Positions 48,280-60,500 of a DNA stretch of 64,000 nucleotides are shown piece by piece (the first letter of the stretch is position 1; each line of letters begins with the position of its first letter). Origin of the DNA: a virus. The stretch is taken from IMG/VR virus record IMGVR_UViG_3300042465_006773, one strand, 5' to 3'. The position numbers and the translations under genes were made by a program. The notes below the pieces were generated by a model. It was not told the origin of the DNA. It searched no databases and saw only the letters and a program-made list of their open reading frames with translations.

Positions 48280-51200
48280 ATGCAAAAACATAGAATTTCT
48301 ACAAACATTGGGAGAGACCAAAAGGTTGTCGTTGAATTAAAAAATGATTTCGACCTTTTAGAGATATTGTCTTTAAAATTTACACAGACAGAAGCATATA
48401 CTTCCATGTGTTCTGATTATGGGGTTGTATGTGGTAGAATATTCGTAAACAATGGTTTTGGTGTACCAAATGCTAGAGTTTCTATTTTTATACCCATTTT
48501 AGATGATGATGTGAACGACCCGGTAATATCCTCATTGTACCCATATACATCTGTAACCGATAGAAATGAAAACGGTTATCGATACAACTTACTTCCAAGT
48601 AGAAAACAACACGGTGGACACGAACCAACAGGAACTTTTCCTGACCAATTAGATATTTTAACAAGAGAAGAGATTTTAGAAGTTTATGAAAAATATTATA
48701 AGTATACCGTAAAAACAAATGATGCTGGTGATTTTATGATATGGGGTGTACCTGTTGGTACACAAATCATACATGTTGATGTTGATTTATCTGATATTGG
48801 TTGTTTTTCATTGAGACCCGATGATTTTATAAGACAAGGTAGAGGTGTTGATAGTTTTAAAAATACATATTCATATAAATCATCTGATGATTTAGATTCA
48901 TTACCTCAAATAGTATCTTTTAATCAAACAATTGAAGTTTTTCCTTTTTGGGGAAATGAAGATTTATGTGAAATTGGAATAACAAGAACAGATTTTGATT
49001 TATCAAGTCAAGGGGTAAAAGTGGAACCCAAAGCATATTTATTGGGTTCAATATATTCTGACCAAGGTAAAAACACGTTAAACAAAAATTGTCGACCAAG
49101 AAGTGCTATGGGTAGAAAGTGTGATTTAACAACTTTTGCTGCGGAGATTGAAATGATAAGATTTACTTCTTTAAAAGATTCATTGGGTAGACCAATATTA
49201 GAGACGTATCAAATAGAAGAAGATATAGACGAAGACGGTTCGTTTGTGATTCCGTTACCCATGAACATGGAATATCAGTACACAAACGAATTTGGTGAAA
49301 CAGAAATTACAAATGACCCAAATAAAGGTATACCAACATCAGCGTGTTATAGATTTAGAATTTCAGGTAAAAACAATACACTAGGTAGAGTTAGATTTAC
49401 TGGTAGTTATTTGTTACCAAATATACGAGAATATGATTCTGACGTTGATGGTTCTTACGCTTTTTCTTTAGATTGGAACGATTATCCAACTGGTTCTACA
49501 ACAAACTCTGTGATTTTTAATCAAACATACGGTAGTTATTATCCTGAAGATTATTTTTTTAGGTTTACATATAATAAAGTATATACGGTAAGTTCGTATA
49601 TGGGGAGTCATTTTAAAGGTGGTAAAGACAATTATGTTGGTATAAAAGACATATCACCAAAAGAGGAAGAAGACTGTGAATCAAGTATAGTGACACCACC
49701 AATTAATTATGGATGGAGACGATTTAGTTTTCCAATATTGTTAGCAACTGTAATTAGTATATTTGAAAGAATAATATACGGAGCATTTATTGGCGCAATA
49801 CAAGTATTAATAATTCCGTTTCAATTTCTTTATAGTATTAGAATATATATTAGGGCGTTTGGTTCAACCATTATTGACTGGAGACCTTTTGAAGTTTTTG
49901 ATTCATTAGTTATTGAACCATTACAACGATTTGGTACTGTTAATTTATCAATTGTTGTTTATCCTGAGTGTGAAACTTGTGAAGATTTTTCAAGTGAACA
50001 GATACTTATTCCAACTCAAAGACCTGATGAACTATATTGTAAAGTCGGGGAAGGGGTTGCGGTTAGAGATACTTTAAATATTAATGGTTCTCCATATTCA
50101 CCAATATGTGACCCCGATAATACAATTGACGAGTTCATTATGTCTTCAAGTGGCTCAACGTTACCCACTTATAATTTTACGGGAATAACTTGTAACGGTA
50201 ATTCGACTGGTGAATCATTGGACCTAATATATAGTGCGAGTAATTTACCAATTAGTGGTAAAACGTATTATATTGTTTTAAAAAGTTATTTACCACATGG
50301 AAGTGCAAATGCATATGAACTTAATAGATTAAATAGTTTAGAGGTAAACACATATTCACAGTTAACAATTGACCAATTTTCTTGTGGTTCACCCACTACT
50401 CAATCCGGTTATAGGGGATATGATAATAATAATTTTGGTTGGTTAGTGTATCGATTAGGTAATAATGGAATACCCCCACAATATGATTATCCATCCCCGT
50501 GTCCAACAAATAGTTGTTTTGAAGGTCGATGGTCCATTAGTGACTTATATGTAACACCTTTTTCTCAACCGGCTTGTGCGTCTGGACAAACCCCAAACGG
50601 AACGTGTGATTGTACCGACCCAACTTCTTCACAAAATACTTCATCAAGTATTACGTTTACTGATGGTATTTGTACAACAGTATATGATTACGTTTTATAT
50701 TATCACTCTAGTATAAGAACATGTGGCGGAAATATTGAAACAATATTAGACGACCCTAGTACTATGACATTATCAATTGATTGGTCAAATGCAGTAACAA
50801 AAAGTGCGGGAACGATAACTAGAGGATTATCCTATATGGTTGCCTTTTATTATTCAATACCCTCCGGTAACACTGCATTATCTAATGTAAGAATATCTAT
50901 TGGTGATGCGACATTAGGTGAATGTTCCTATGGTGTTTATGATATACCAACACCGGTAAACAATAAGTGGTATGTATTGCGTGTTGATATATCTGATATT
51001 GAGTCTTATGGTAATTTAACATCTTATATTTCAACATCAAGTTGTATGAATTATTCTATAGGTTGTTCTGGACCATCGTCAGTAACCAATTCTTGTTGTT
51101 ATAGTTCAATAAGTGGTGATAGTGTTGGTAATTCTTCTTTAAGTGATTTTCAATGGACAGGGTTCACTTATGAAATATATGATTCTTCTCTTAAACTAAC

Positions 51201-52884
51201 TCAACAATCTTTAACAGGTTCTACCGGTGATTTGTCTTTAGGTTGCGATACACAGAACACAATATATGACGAAACGATTGTTAAACAAACGTATTGTGCC
51301 TCAAATATTAATGATGATTATAACAATACAGCTTTAGTCACGGTTCAAAACGGAACATCGTGTACAAGTCTGTTACCTGTTGGACAAATATCATATAATA
51401 CGAATAGCAATCCTTGTTCGACGTGTAGTACTAGAAGTGGTTTTTCTGAATTTAGAAAAGGGACTTATACAATAATACCGGCTGCGTCTATAAATAATTG
51501 GGAATACAATTTTAAATTAATTAGAGAATATGCTAGAAGAAAACTAATCAATAAAGTTTTTTGTGAAGGTGTTGTAAATTATTCATTTATTGAAAATTGG
51601 TTAGGTGGTTCTCTTTATCTGTTTGCCTTTAAAGCAAGGGTTAGATGGGATAATGAGGAAACATTAGATTTGAACGTTAGAGGAACAAATTATTGTGAGG
51701 ATTTATTGTATTATAAGGTAAGTGAAAAAACATCTGGCGAACCCGTTAAAAGGTTTTATTATAGGTCCACTAAGTGGGATGGTTCGTCTTTTCAATCTAC
51801 AGTAAGTAACGGAACAACATTCAGTACACTAAGACACCCAACAACAATTATGGATTTGGGACCAAGAGATGAATTTATAAAAGAAATATGTGTCGACCCA
51901 TCTTTAGACCCTAATTGTTCGGTTGTTCGAAGTATTGGACCAACATCTTTTCAAAACTTTAAGGAAATTTTCGGGCTTTACATTAACTATAGATTAGATA
52001 CTAATAACACATTTGAATATAGAGATTTTTTTCAAAATAATGGATTTAATTCGTATCTCCCATTTAATACAACAAAAGAAATATTAAATGGAGACGTTTT
52101 ACAATTAATATCAATAAACAACGAAGTTGGTGTTGAAGAATTTGATTTACAAAATAGATATTACGGACAATATAGTCCATTAATTTTAGACCCTGACACA
52201 TATCCTCAATTATTTAGTTCACAAGCCGGAACATCAAATGGACCTATACCAATAAATTTTGTTTTGGATGATGATGGTTATAGAGTGAGGGTTTGTTTAA
52301 ATGAACCTGGTAGGTTGACTGAATCATCACAGATTGTTCCGTTTTTTTATTGGGACAAACAAGGACAAGGTTTTGGGGAAGGTTATAATCAATCGTGGGA
52401 TTACAACACCATAAGGACACATAGACTACAGGGAATGACATTTAGTTATACGTTTACGGGTGACACAACATACAATTATGTTTTGTTTCCAATGACAAAG
52501 GATTATTCCGGTAACACCTTTAATATAGTTGGTGCAGATGTAAACGATGGTTCATTTGATGTTGAGGACACAACTGATGTTCATTTACAATACGATAATC
52601 AAGAAGAAGGGTTTACTGTGTTACATATTACTTCGGGAACAACTCAAACTCCATTAGCGGGTACTTTATGGGTTAGAAAAGGTAGTATTGGTGTATGGGA
52701 TTCTCAATCGTGGAACACCAATATTGATTACATATTAAAACCAACATTAAAAAATTATACGGGTAATTTACAAATATTATCCACACCATTTTTATTTTAT
52801 TTTGGAATTAGACCAGGTAAAACCGCGGTAGATAAGTTTGTTCAACTATTTGGACCTAAAGGAGCGTTTCCAACATCTGAATAA
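48280..52884 (+). CDS. Large baseplate-associated structural protein with an N-terminal carboxypeptidase-regulatory-like fold, a hydrophobic segment and a Cys-rich insert
   Basis: GVVCGRI..NNGFGVPNARVSIF, TNDAGDFMI.GVP.G.Q; hydrophobic stretch near residues 482-525; PF.FYFG..PGKTA.DKF at the C-terminus. Confidence 0.65.
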   Translation: MQKHRISTNIGRDQKVVVELKNDFDLLEILSLKFTQTEAYTSMCSDYGVVCGRIFVNNGFGVPNARVSIFIPILDDDVNDPVISSLYPYTSVTDRNENGYRYNLLPSRKQHGGHEPTGTFPDQLDILTREEILEVYEKYYKYTVKTNDAGDFMIWGVPVGTQIIHVDVDLSDIGCFSLRPDDFIRQGRGVDSFKNTYSYKSSDDLDSLPQIVSFNQTIEVFPFWGNEDLCEIGITRTDFDLSSQGVKVEPKAYLLGSIYSDQGKNTLNKNCRPRSAMGRKCDLTTFAAEIEMIRFTSLKDSLGRPILETYQIEEDIDEDGSFVIPLPMNMEYQYTNEFGETEITNDPNKGIPTSACYRFRISGKNNTLGRVRFTGSYLLPNIREYDSDVDGSYAFSLDWNDYPTGSTTNSVIFNQTYGSYYPEDYFFRFTYNKVYTVSSYMGSHFKGGKDNYVGIKDISPKEEEDCESSIVTPPINYGWRRFSFPILLATVISIFERIIYGAFIGAIQVLIIPFQFLYSIRIYIRAFGSTIIDWRPFEVFDSLVIEPLQRFGTVNLSIVVYPECETCEDFSSEQILIPTQRPDELYCKVGEGVAVRDTLNINGSPYSPICDPDNTIDEFIMSSSGSTLPTYNFTGITCNGNSTGESLDLIYSASNLPISGKTYYIVLKSYLPHGSANAYELNRLNSLEVNTYSQLTIDQFSCGSPTTQSGYRGYDNNNFGWLVYRLGNNGIPPQYDYPSPCPTNSCFEGRWSISDLYVTPFSQPACASGQTPNGTCDCTDPTSSQNTSSSITFTDGICTTVYDYVLYYHSSIRTCGGNIETILDDPSTMTLSIDWSNAVTKSAGTITRGLSYMVAFYYSIPSGNTALSNVRISIGDATLGECSYGVYDIPTPVNNKWYVLRVDISDIESYGNLTSYISTSSCMNYSIGCSGPSSVTNSCCYSSISGDSVGNSSLSDFQWTGFTYEIYDSSLKLTQQSLTGSTGDLSLGCDTQNTIYDETIVKQTYCASNINDDYNNTALVTVQNGTSCTSLLPVGQISYNTNSNPCSTCSTRSGFSEFRKGTYTIIPAASINNWEYNFKLIREYARRKLINKVFCEGVVNYSFIENWLGGSLYLFAFKARVRWDNEETLDLNVRGTNYCEDLLYYKVSEKTSGEPVKRFYYRSTKWDGSSFQSTVSNGTTFSTLRHPTTIMDLGPRDEFIKEICVDPSLDPNCSVVRSIGPTSFQNFKEIFGLYINYRLDTNNTFEYRDFFQNNGFNSYLPFNTTKEILNGDVLQLISINNEVGVEEFDLQNRYYGQYSPLILDPDTYPQLFSSQAGTSNGPIPINFVLDDDGYRVRVCLNEPGRLTESSQIVPFFYWDKQGQGFGEGYNQSWDYNTIRTHRLQGMTFSYTFTGDTTYNYVLFPMTKDYSGNTFNIVGADVNDGSFDVEDTTDVHLQYDNQEEGFTVLHITSGTTQTPLAGTLWVRKGSIGVWDSQSWNTNIDYILKPTLKNYTGNLQILSTPFLFYFGIRPGKTAVDKFVQLFGPKGAFPTSE

Positions 52885-54644
52885 TGGATAAGAAAAAAAT
52901 AATATTACCATCTAAAAAATTTTTTGGTTCAACAAATGTTGACCAAAATATTAGAATTGGATTGGATGAAACACAAAACCTTTTAAGAGAAGGGGATAGA
53001 AACGTCATATTAAATAATGTTGAATTATTTAATAAAGAAAGAAACGAAAGTAGTTCTTACAAAATACACGGAAAACTAAAAATGGTTTTCAGAAATTTGT
53101 ATAGTGGTGACACCGACTATGAACCACTTTTAAAGAATTTGTATTTGGTTGGTGATGGTGGAGACAATAATTTTGATGGATTTATACCATACAACGAATT
53201 TGCTTTTCTTAGAAAAGATGTGTTAAGACAATCTAATTCAGTACAAACACTTTCTTCAATAACCACATATACCCCATCAATATCTTACAGTGGGGAGTCA
53301 AGTCACGTTTCAATATCGAGTATAATGGCACCATATCATAATTGGAATATTCATTTGTCTTATGTTTATGACCATGATACAACTTATCCGATGAAATATA
53401 CTTTAAGTGGTAATACTGTGTTTAATTTTGTTTCAGGAGACGGAATACCGTTTAGAGTTGAAGATAATGGTAGAACATATAAATTGACAAGTCCCGTTGA
53501 ACACGGAATATTGGCTGGTGAATATATAACAATTAGTGGGGGGACTTTAAATAGTTCAGTTAGTGTGAGTGGTAGGACATTTTCTGTTATTTCTGTTGGA
53601 GATTCTATTTTTAGGTCCGAAAAATTTGTTTTAGACATTTCAAAATCTGAATTACCTTCGGGTACAACATTGTCAACTGTTGTGTTTGGTAAGAGGTGTA
53701 TTGATAGAGATAATTTAACTGGAACAACGTCCACATATTATGTTCACAAACATAAAACACTTACAGAAAGAGGTGATTATATTTTGGATAAAGCGGGTTT
53801 TGAATCATCCATTTGGGAAAATGAAAAAAAATTATTATTAGAAAATAGTGAAGGTATTAGTGATTATTTGGTGGAAAGAAATATGATGGAGTCTTTAATT
53901 TACGATTTTAAAGAACCATTTATTTTAACAGGTTTAACAAATAATTTAAAATATTTACCAACTGAAATTTATGTAACAACATTATTATCAAATAGAAATG
54001 GGTATTTTGATTATCCACCAAAAGTTGGATGGAAATTTAATTTCCATGACACATGGGTTGACCAACATTTTGACGGCTCAACAACTATTGAAACTTCAAT
54101 TCCAACAACTGCATTTACTAAAACAATAAATTCGGTAACATACAATTTTACCGGTGGTACTGATGTTCCCATTAACACTATATTACATGGTGCCTTTGTT
54201 GAATATAATGTTTCCGAACTAAAGGAAAGGATTATTAGTGAAGCATACCATAGATTCTCAAACCCTCTTTTTGTTTTTGATTATGGTCAAACAGGGTCAA
54301 CTGTCACCTTTTCTGGTGCATCTGCAACAAACAAATTTGGTTTGTTTTATCAACCACATCATAGGGTTAAATTAAGACAACTTTCACCATATATCGAAAC
54401 ATCAACGACTAATCAAATATACGGATTACCACAAAACGCAAAATATTTTCAAAACGATGGGTTGTGGAAATGGAGAGATTTATATGACCATGGGTTTATT
54501 GACTCGGACGGTTTAGGTACAAATTTTTCATTTATTAATGGTATTCATTATGTAAAAAGTGATATTGATTTCTATTTAAGAAATGAGAACATATACAGAA
54601 ACAAACAAGATTTAATTAAAAATATAGAAAGTTTTAAGTGTTAA
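52884..54644 (+). CDS. Virion structural protein (baseplate periphery)
   Basis: Coupled by TAATG; S/T/G-rich; PVEHGILAGEYITI beta-barrel-like motif. Confidence 0.6.
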   Translation: MDKKKIILPSKKFFGSTNVDQNIRIGLDETQNLLREGDRNVILNNVELFNKERNESSSYKIHGKLKMVFRNLYSGDTDYEPLLKNLYLVGDGGDNNFDGFIPYNEFAFLRKDVLRQSNSVQTLSSITTYTPSISYSGESSHVSISSIMAPYHNWNIHLSYVYDHDTTYPMKYTLSGNTVFNFVSGDGIPFRVEDNGRTYKLTSPVEHGILAGEYITISGGTLNSSVSVSGRTFSVISVGDSIFRSEKFVLDISKSELPSGTTLSTVVFGKRCIDRDNLTGTTSTYYVHKHKTLTERGDYILDKAGFESSIWENEKKLLLENSEGISDYLVERNMMESLIYDFKEPFILTGLTNNLKYLPTEIYVTTLLSNRNGYFDYPPKVGWKFNFHDTWVDQHFDGSTTIETSIPTTAFTKTINSVTYNFTGGTDVPINTILHGAFVEYNVSELKERIISEAYHRFSNPLFVFDYGQTGSTVTFSGASATNKFGLFYQPHHRVKLRQLSPYIETSTTNQIYGLPQNAKYFQNDGLWKWRDLYDHGFIDSDGLGTNFSFINGIHYVKSDIDFYLRNENIYRNKQDLIKNIESFKC

Positions 54645-55468
54645 TGAAATTTATAGTAAAAGATACCGACCAAAAAATATTGTTATCGTCAAATCAAACA
54701 TTTAAGTCAGATTTGGGGTGGACGGATAGTGCACAACAAATGGAACAAGAAATTTTATATGACATAATAAATCCGGCTGAAAACTATGAAACAACAAGAT
54801 ACATTCATTCACCGTATTCAGTAACATCTAATAGTGGAACTACATTTACACAAGTTGATATTTGGTATAATTTTTATTTTCTAAACACCTCAAGTGTATA
54901 TAATCAGAATTATGAGTCAGTTGGTATAACATTGAGAGAAAATGCAAAAATGTTAAGACAATCAACTGAAAGTTTTTTTCGTTTAGAGTTTTACAAAACA
55001 ACCAACGATGATTCACCAAATCAAACAAATAGACGATTGGTCTTTTCAAAAAATTTAATATTACCATTGGGTGAAAAAGTTTATTTTACAGGAACACCAT
55101 CTGGTTCAACGTTACCGTTGAATGATTTTGTTTTTCTTCCGGTTTTTACGGGTTCAAATTATAGAAATACCGAAAATATGTATTTCTTTTGGTTTTTGGA
55201 TGATTCACCTTTTAGTGGAACAAACATTACAGGAAATACTTTTTATATGACCGCAAAATTTTATAACGCAAAAGATGGGACAATTATTGATTTTGTTAAT
55301 AAATCAAAGTCTATTGGTCAAGAAATTATTGAAGAAGAAGATGTTTATTATAAAGTAATTATTAATAGAACTGAATACTCATATATTGTTTATCAATATA
55401 ATGGTTCATTAGGTTCACGAAAAGGTCAACTTAGTGCTCCGATAAATTTTTATGAAAGAAGACAATAA
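54644..55468 (+). CDS. Virion structural protein
   Basis: The ATG at 54644 (TAATG overlap) is preferred over the GTG at 54638; SFFRLEFY and FYMTAKFYNAKDG. Confidence 0.6.
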   Translation: MKFIVKDTDQKILLSSNQTFKSDLGWTDSAQQMEQEILYDIINPAENYETTRYIHSPYSVTSNSGTTFTQVDIWYNFYFLNTSSVYNQNYESVGITLRENAKMLRQSTESFFRLEFYKTTNDDSPNQTNRRLVFSKNLILPLGEKVYFTGTPSGSTLPLNDFVFLPVFTGSNYRNTENMYFFWFLDDSPFSGTNITGNTFYMTAKFYNAKDGTIIDFVNKSKSIGQEIIEEEDVYYKVIINRTEYSYIVYQYNGSLGSRKGQLSAPINFYERRQ

Positions 55469-56640
55469 TGGATATTAAACCACCTCTAAAATACGAAATA
55501 CGTAGGAAATCAATTCCCAACTTAAAGTTGTATGCGGTTGATAAACCATATTGGTACAATAGTTTAGGTGGTTTACTTGAATTAACCAATACAAATATAA
55601 TTGATTCTTTAGATGGTTATATAATTTTTAATGTTACTGGTGGCACTGTTTCTTCAGGATATTATATTTGGTCGGGAACAACTTTAGATGGAACGTCATA
55701 TGGTGACACCGATTGTGATTTAAGTTTAAAATTATATGAATGGGAAAACATAAGTAAATCAGAGGCATACGATAACCATGATATTCCCATCTTTTTAGAA
55801 AGTTCAGTGGATGAAATGGGTGTGATGGTTGGGTTTGATGGACAAATTGAACAAGTTGAACAGATATGTAATTTTTCGTATACACAAACAGGTAATACTG
55901 TTTATGTTTATAACACCATTGACACATCAAAAGTATCTGAAATATATGATATAAATTTTACAGTTGATTGGGGAGATGGGACAACATCAATTTTAACTGC
56001 AACAGGTATAACCGCAAATAAAACATATTCTTCCACGGGTACAACCACGATTTCAATTTCGGTAAATACACCATGGACACAATTTGAAACAAAAAAAATA
56101 ATTCAAATACCTTCAAACATAACCATACCAAATCCTTTGGGGACTTTTTCAGGTTTTACGATTCCATATTCTAATGTTACCGGTCAAACACAAAATTATC
56201 TTAATGATTATGACAGTGATTGTGATGGAACATACACAGGTAATACTGTATTTTATTATGCTTCTATTGGTAGGAGTAGAATTAACGAAAAGAAACTTTA
56301 TGGTGCTAACACATATACAGGGGTAACTACGGGAATCACAAATAATTTAGTTTATAGTGCATATACTATTGATGATTTATACTATAGAGATTTTGAAGAT
56401 GGTGTAACAACAATTACAGGTGCAACATCTGGATTTACAAAAGAAGAAGTAATTAATTGTGTTATAACAAGAAATGAACATTTCTTAGGGTTTATTGATG
56501 AACCTGTAATATATTCAGACATATTTGTTGAAAGAGGTAAACAGGGTGTTCTTGAAAAAACATTTAGATTATCTGAAATTGAAAATACCGGAGAATTATC
56601 TTATTATGGTAATGGATATTTTAATATCAGAAAACAATAA
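55468..56640 (+). CDS. Virion structural protein with a PKD-like domain
   Basis: FTVDWGDGT...KTYSSTG..TISI is PKD-like; SDIFVERGKQ...LSEI..YGNGYF at the C-terminus. Confidence 0.65.
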   Translation: MDIKPPLKYEIRRKSIPNLKLYAVDKPYWYNSLGGLLELTNTNIIDSLDGYIIFNVTGGTVSSGYYIWSGTTLDGTSYGDTDCDLSLKLYEWENISKSEAYDNHDIPIFLESSVDEMGVMVGFDGQIEQVEQICNFSYTQTGNTVYVYNTIDTSKVSEIYDINFTVDWGDGTTSILTATGITANKTYSSTGTTTISISVNTPWTQFETKKIIQIPSNITIPNPLGTFSGFTIPYSNVTGQTQNYLNDYDSDCDGTYTGNTVFYYASIGRSRINEKKLYGANTYTGVTTGITNNLVYSAYTIDDLYYRDFEDGVTTITGATSGFTKEEVINCVITRNEHFLGFIDEPVIYSDIFVERGKQGVLEKTFRLSEIENTGELSYYGNGYFNIRKQ

Positions 56641-56665
56641 TTTTCATATTTATAAATAAAAACAA

Positions 56666-57586
56666 ATGGCAACGGGTTCTTACGGTATAATACGACCATC
56701 AGACATTTCACCAGAAGATGTTGAAATCTACTTTCATTACGTTTTAGATAGGAACGCAACTTCTGATGTAACATTTAAAAAATTAAATTCTGTTGATGTT
56801 TTAACACCTGTTTATCATAATTCTGATACAACAGATGATACATCCGCCCCAAATGTTGAAATATTGGGTGGTTTATATAATTTAAAACTTACATCTGATG
56901 ATTTTTCTGATTTAGGTATCTATACACTTCATATAAGACCAAAACAAATTAGAACAACGATTACCGATTGTGGAATTTTGGCATCCTTACCTTCAGTAAG
57001 GGGTTTAATTATTGATTTATCAAATGTTCCTTCAGATGATAGAAATAAATTTACACCTCAAGGATTGGTAGGGTATAGAATTGAATATATTAATTCATCA
57101 GATAATAAAAAAATACCTAATTTTTATAGAATCGTTACTTCGTCTTTTTATTGCACACCAATTGTTTCAAATTTGACAAGTACTTCTCAAAAAGCAATAA
57201 GATATCAGTACAGTGAACAAGTAACAAATTTGATGTTCTTAACTGTTACACCATCTTCAGCACCAACAAATAAACCAAATACGGTTCCGTTTATTGGCGT
57301 ACCATCTCAAAAAATAATTTTAACAAACACATATTTAAATCCCACAACAATAGAGATAGAAATGGTTGAGCATGATGCGTCAACTCTAGCATATGCATTG
57401 TATGGTAATCAAAGTAAGGCGGTTTCACAAGGTATTTACACCATTTATGACAATAACAACAACATATATAAACAATATAATCTTTACGAAGTTAAAGATG
57501 AATTTAATGAAACATTATATGAGGTTCGTGAAGAGAGAACTGACATTGACGAAACACTAAACTTTGATACTATTACAGAAACATAA
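56666..57586 (+). CDS. Virion structural protein
   Basis: Late motif at 56647; complex non-repetitive 306-aa ORF within the baseplate cluster. Confidence 0.6.
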   Translation: MATGSYGIIRPSDISPEDVEIYFHYVLDRNATSDVTFKKLNSVDVLTPVYHNSDTTDDTSAPNVEILGGLYNLKLTSDDFSDLGIYTLHIRPKQIRTTITDCGILASLPSVRGLIIDLSNVPSDDRNKFTPQGLVGYRIEYINSSDNKKIPNFYRIVTSSFYCTPIVSNLTSTSQKAIRYQYSEQVTNLMFLTVTPSSAPTNKPNTVPFIGVPSQKIILTNTYLNPTTIEIEMVEHDASTLAYALYGNQSKAVSQGIYTIYDNNNNIYKQYNLYEVKDEFNETLYEVREERTDIDETLNFDTITET

Positions 57587-60500
57587 TGGCAAAAAGAAAA
57601 GTACCAAGTCAAGCTGCGAGCGGTGCGGAAACATTTAATGATTTTTTAGTTGGTAGACAAATAACGGATGGAACATCTTCCTTAACCAACACGGTTTTCT
57701 CTTTGGATAAAGTGATACCCCAAAGAGATTCAAAGAGTTTTTCAACAACACCATTTTCAGAATTTTTAACTTTAGATTCGATAAAACAAGTTGATGGTAT
57801 TCAAACCACAACAAGAACAAAAACAAAAAAAACCAATGAGGTTAGTTTTAAATCGAATAAAAAATATGCGGATAAATCATTATTTGGTTCCTTATCTAGC
57901 CGTATTTTAGTTTCTCTAACGAGAATTATTAATAAATTTCCTGGCGCTATTAATATTGTTGCTGATAGTCCGATAAGTAGTTCACCATACAGTGTGTCGG
58001 GTTCAACATACGACGACAGTGCTCACACAACAATATTTTATACTGAAAGAAGTAAATTCTTCAACCCATTTGATTTGGTACTTATTGAACCAAATTCAGT
58101 AATAAAACCTGAAACAGAAAATGAATTAAGGAATTTTTATTCATCATATACCAAATATGTTATTGTTGTTAACAATGTCACATACCCAATTCTTGAATAT
58201 ACGGAACCAAATGTTGATAATGTTATTCAATTTAAAGTTTATGGTCAACCGTTTACCGGTTCTACTTATTTAGGTAATGTTTTAATTAGACCAAATGATG
58301 GACTCATAGAAGAATTTTTCTCAGGTCTTGATGATTTAGAACAATCATTATTAAATAGAGAAACAAATCCCATATATACGTCAAGTTTTAGAGTACCTAG
58401 AGATAGTCAAAATAACTCAAAAACCTCTTTAGTAAGTGTAACAACATCATGGCCTTTATCAAATGATGGGTATAACATTCAAATTACCGGTATAGATTAT
58501 GAACTTTACGTAACAAGATTAAGTGATATTGCAAACGAGATTGATGATTATAAATCAAATTTAATGGTTCGATTTTTATCTTCTCCTCAGTTATTTGAGT
58601 TTGATACGGAAGATAAAAGAGCGGAAAGTGTTTTTCAATTATATGGACAGAGTTTTGATAGTGTAAAAAAATATATCGATAATATTGCTTACATGAGAAA
58701 TGTGAGTTATGATTCGATTAATAATTTACCTGATGTATTATTAAAAAATTTATCTGAAAACCTTGGACTATCAACCACAAATTTATTTGATGAAAAAAAA
58801 TTAGAAGATGTTCTTTATACGAGAATAAACACAACGTATGCAGGTATTTCTACCGGTACAAATTTAGTCGAAGCAGAATATGAGTTTTATAGAAGACTTT
58901 TAGTTAATCTTATTGAGATATACAAATCAAAAGGAACAAGAAAGGCTTTAGAGTTTTTTTTAAAATTTCTTGGTGCACCTGAACCATTAATAAAAATTAA
59001 TGAATATATCTATCAAGTTACATCATTACCCGCGAGTTTTGATTTAGAAGAAGACATTTATGAGGCAATTCAAGGAAATAAAACATACACTTTTGCGGTT
59101 TTAAACGTTACTGGTTATACATATGAAAAGAAAACTTACACAGGAACAACTTCGTTTGATAGAGATGGGTATCCCGTTAATGAAATTAATGGGTTACCAA
59201 GAAGAGCGTACAGTGAAACTGAAGATGTTTTCTTTGAAAAAGGTGCGGGATGGTACGATATAACGTTATCACACCGTTCACCTTTAATATTGGATACCAC
59301 AAACTCCGTTTTAACTGGTAGAACAAAAACAATTATCACAAAAAATAAACCATACACCTATGGTGAAGACTATTTTAATGTTTTTAGAACATTACCAGGT
59401 TTAGATACAGGATATGATTTGGTTTCCGACATAGATAACACCAAAGCTAGACTTAAAGAAGATAATTCAGATTTAATTCTAAATAGAAAAAACATCGAGA
59501 TATATATTTCACCGGCTAGAGCTATTGATTACGATGTCTTTAGACGTAGTAAAGAATTGGAAATTTCTTTTGGAACAAACAACAATTTACCAACACAAAC
59601 AGGAAAAACGTTTGTTGAATTTTTAGATACATTTATTCATAATCTTGTAAAGAATTCAAATAAAATTCGATACAAAAAGAATTATATTCAATTGGAAGAT
59701 GTGTATCGTGATTATCTTTCACAAACCACGGGTTTTACACCATATCACCAAATTACTGTAACAGAATTTGTTGATAAAATTTCACCATATTGGGTTCAAT
59801 TAATTGAACAATTGGTACCAGCGTCCACACTTTGGACAGGTGGTAATTTAATTGAAAATAATGTATTCGGAAGACCAAAATATCCATATGTTTATGATTG
59901 TCAACCCCTTCAATTTATTGAAGAATTATATCCCGATTTTGAAACATATATCGAAGAAGATTTAGAAAACATATTAGGAGAAGAAATTAATTTTAGGTCT
60001 TTATTAAGATTGACGGGAGTTACTTTTTATCCGATAATTGAAATAGACGGAGTGATATATGGTGGGGCCGATTATAGTGGATTAACTTCAAATATGTACG
60101 TTGTTTTAAGTGGGACAACCAACACTTCAAATAGCGCGAAATTATTTGATTTACAACCTTTAACTGGTTGTACTAGTGGTGTTACAAGTAACGACCCAAT
60201 CAATTTATCATTGATTTGTGATTATAAAGATTATTTAGAACCCGATGTTGATAAAATCAAAGAATTGTGGTTAGATGCTTTAAGTGAATTAATTTCAGAT
60301 ATTACGATTACTCGAAATAGTGCAGGATACGAACCATATTCCCCATTTACAGGTACAACAGGACAAACATATTATTCTGAAACAATTCCATTAATAAAAT
60401 GGGAAACATTTACCGATGTAAATGGTGTCGAAAAGGTCAGATTTTCTTCCGTAAAATTAGGACCAAATGATTGTTCTGTTTCTGAATATTTTGATTATAG

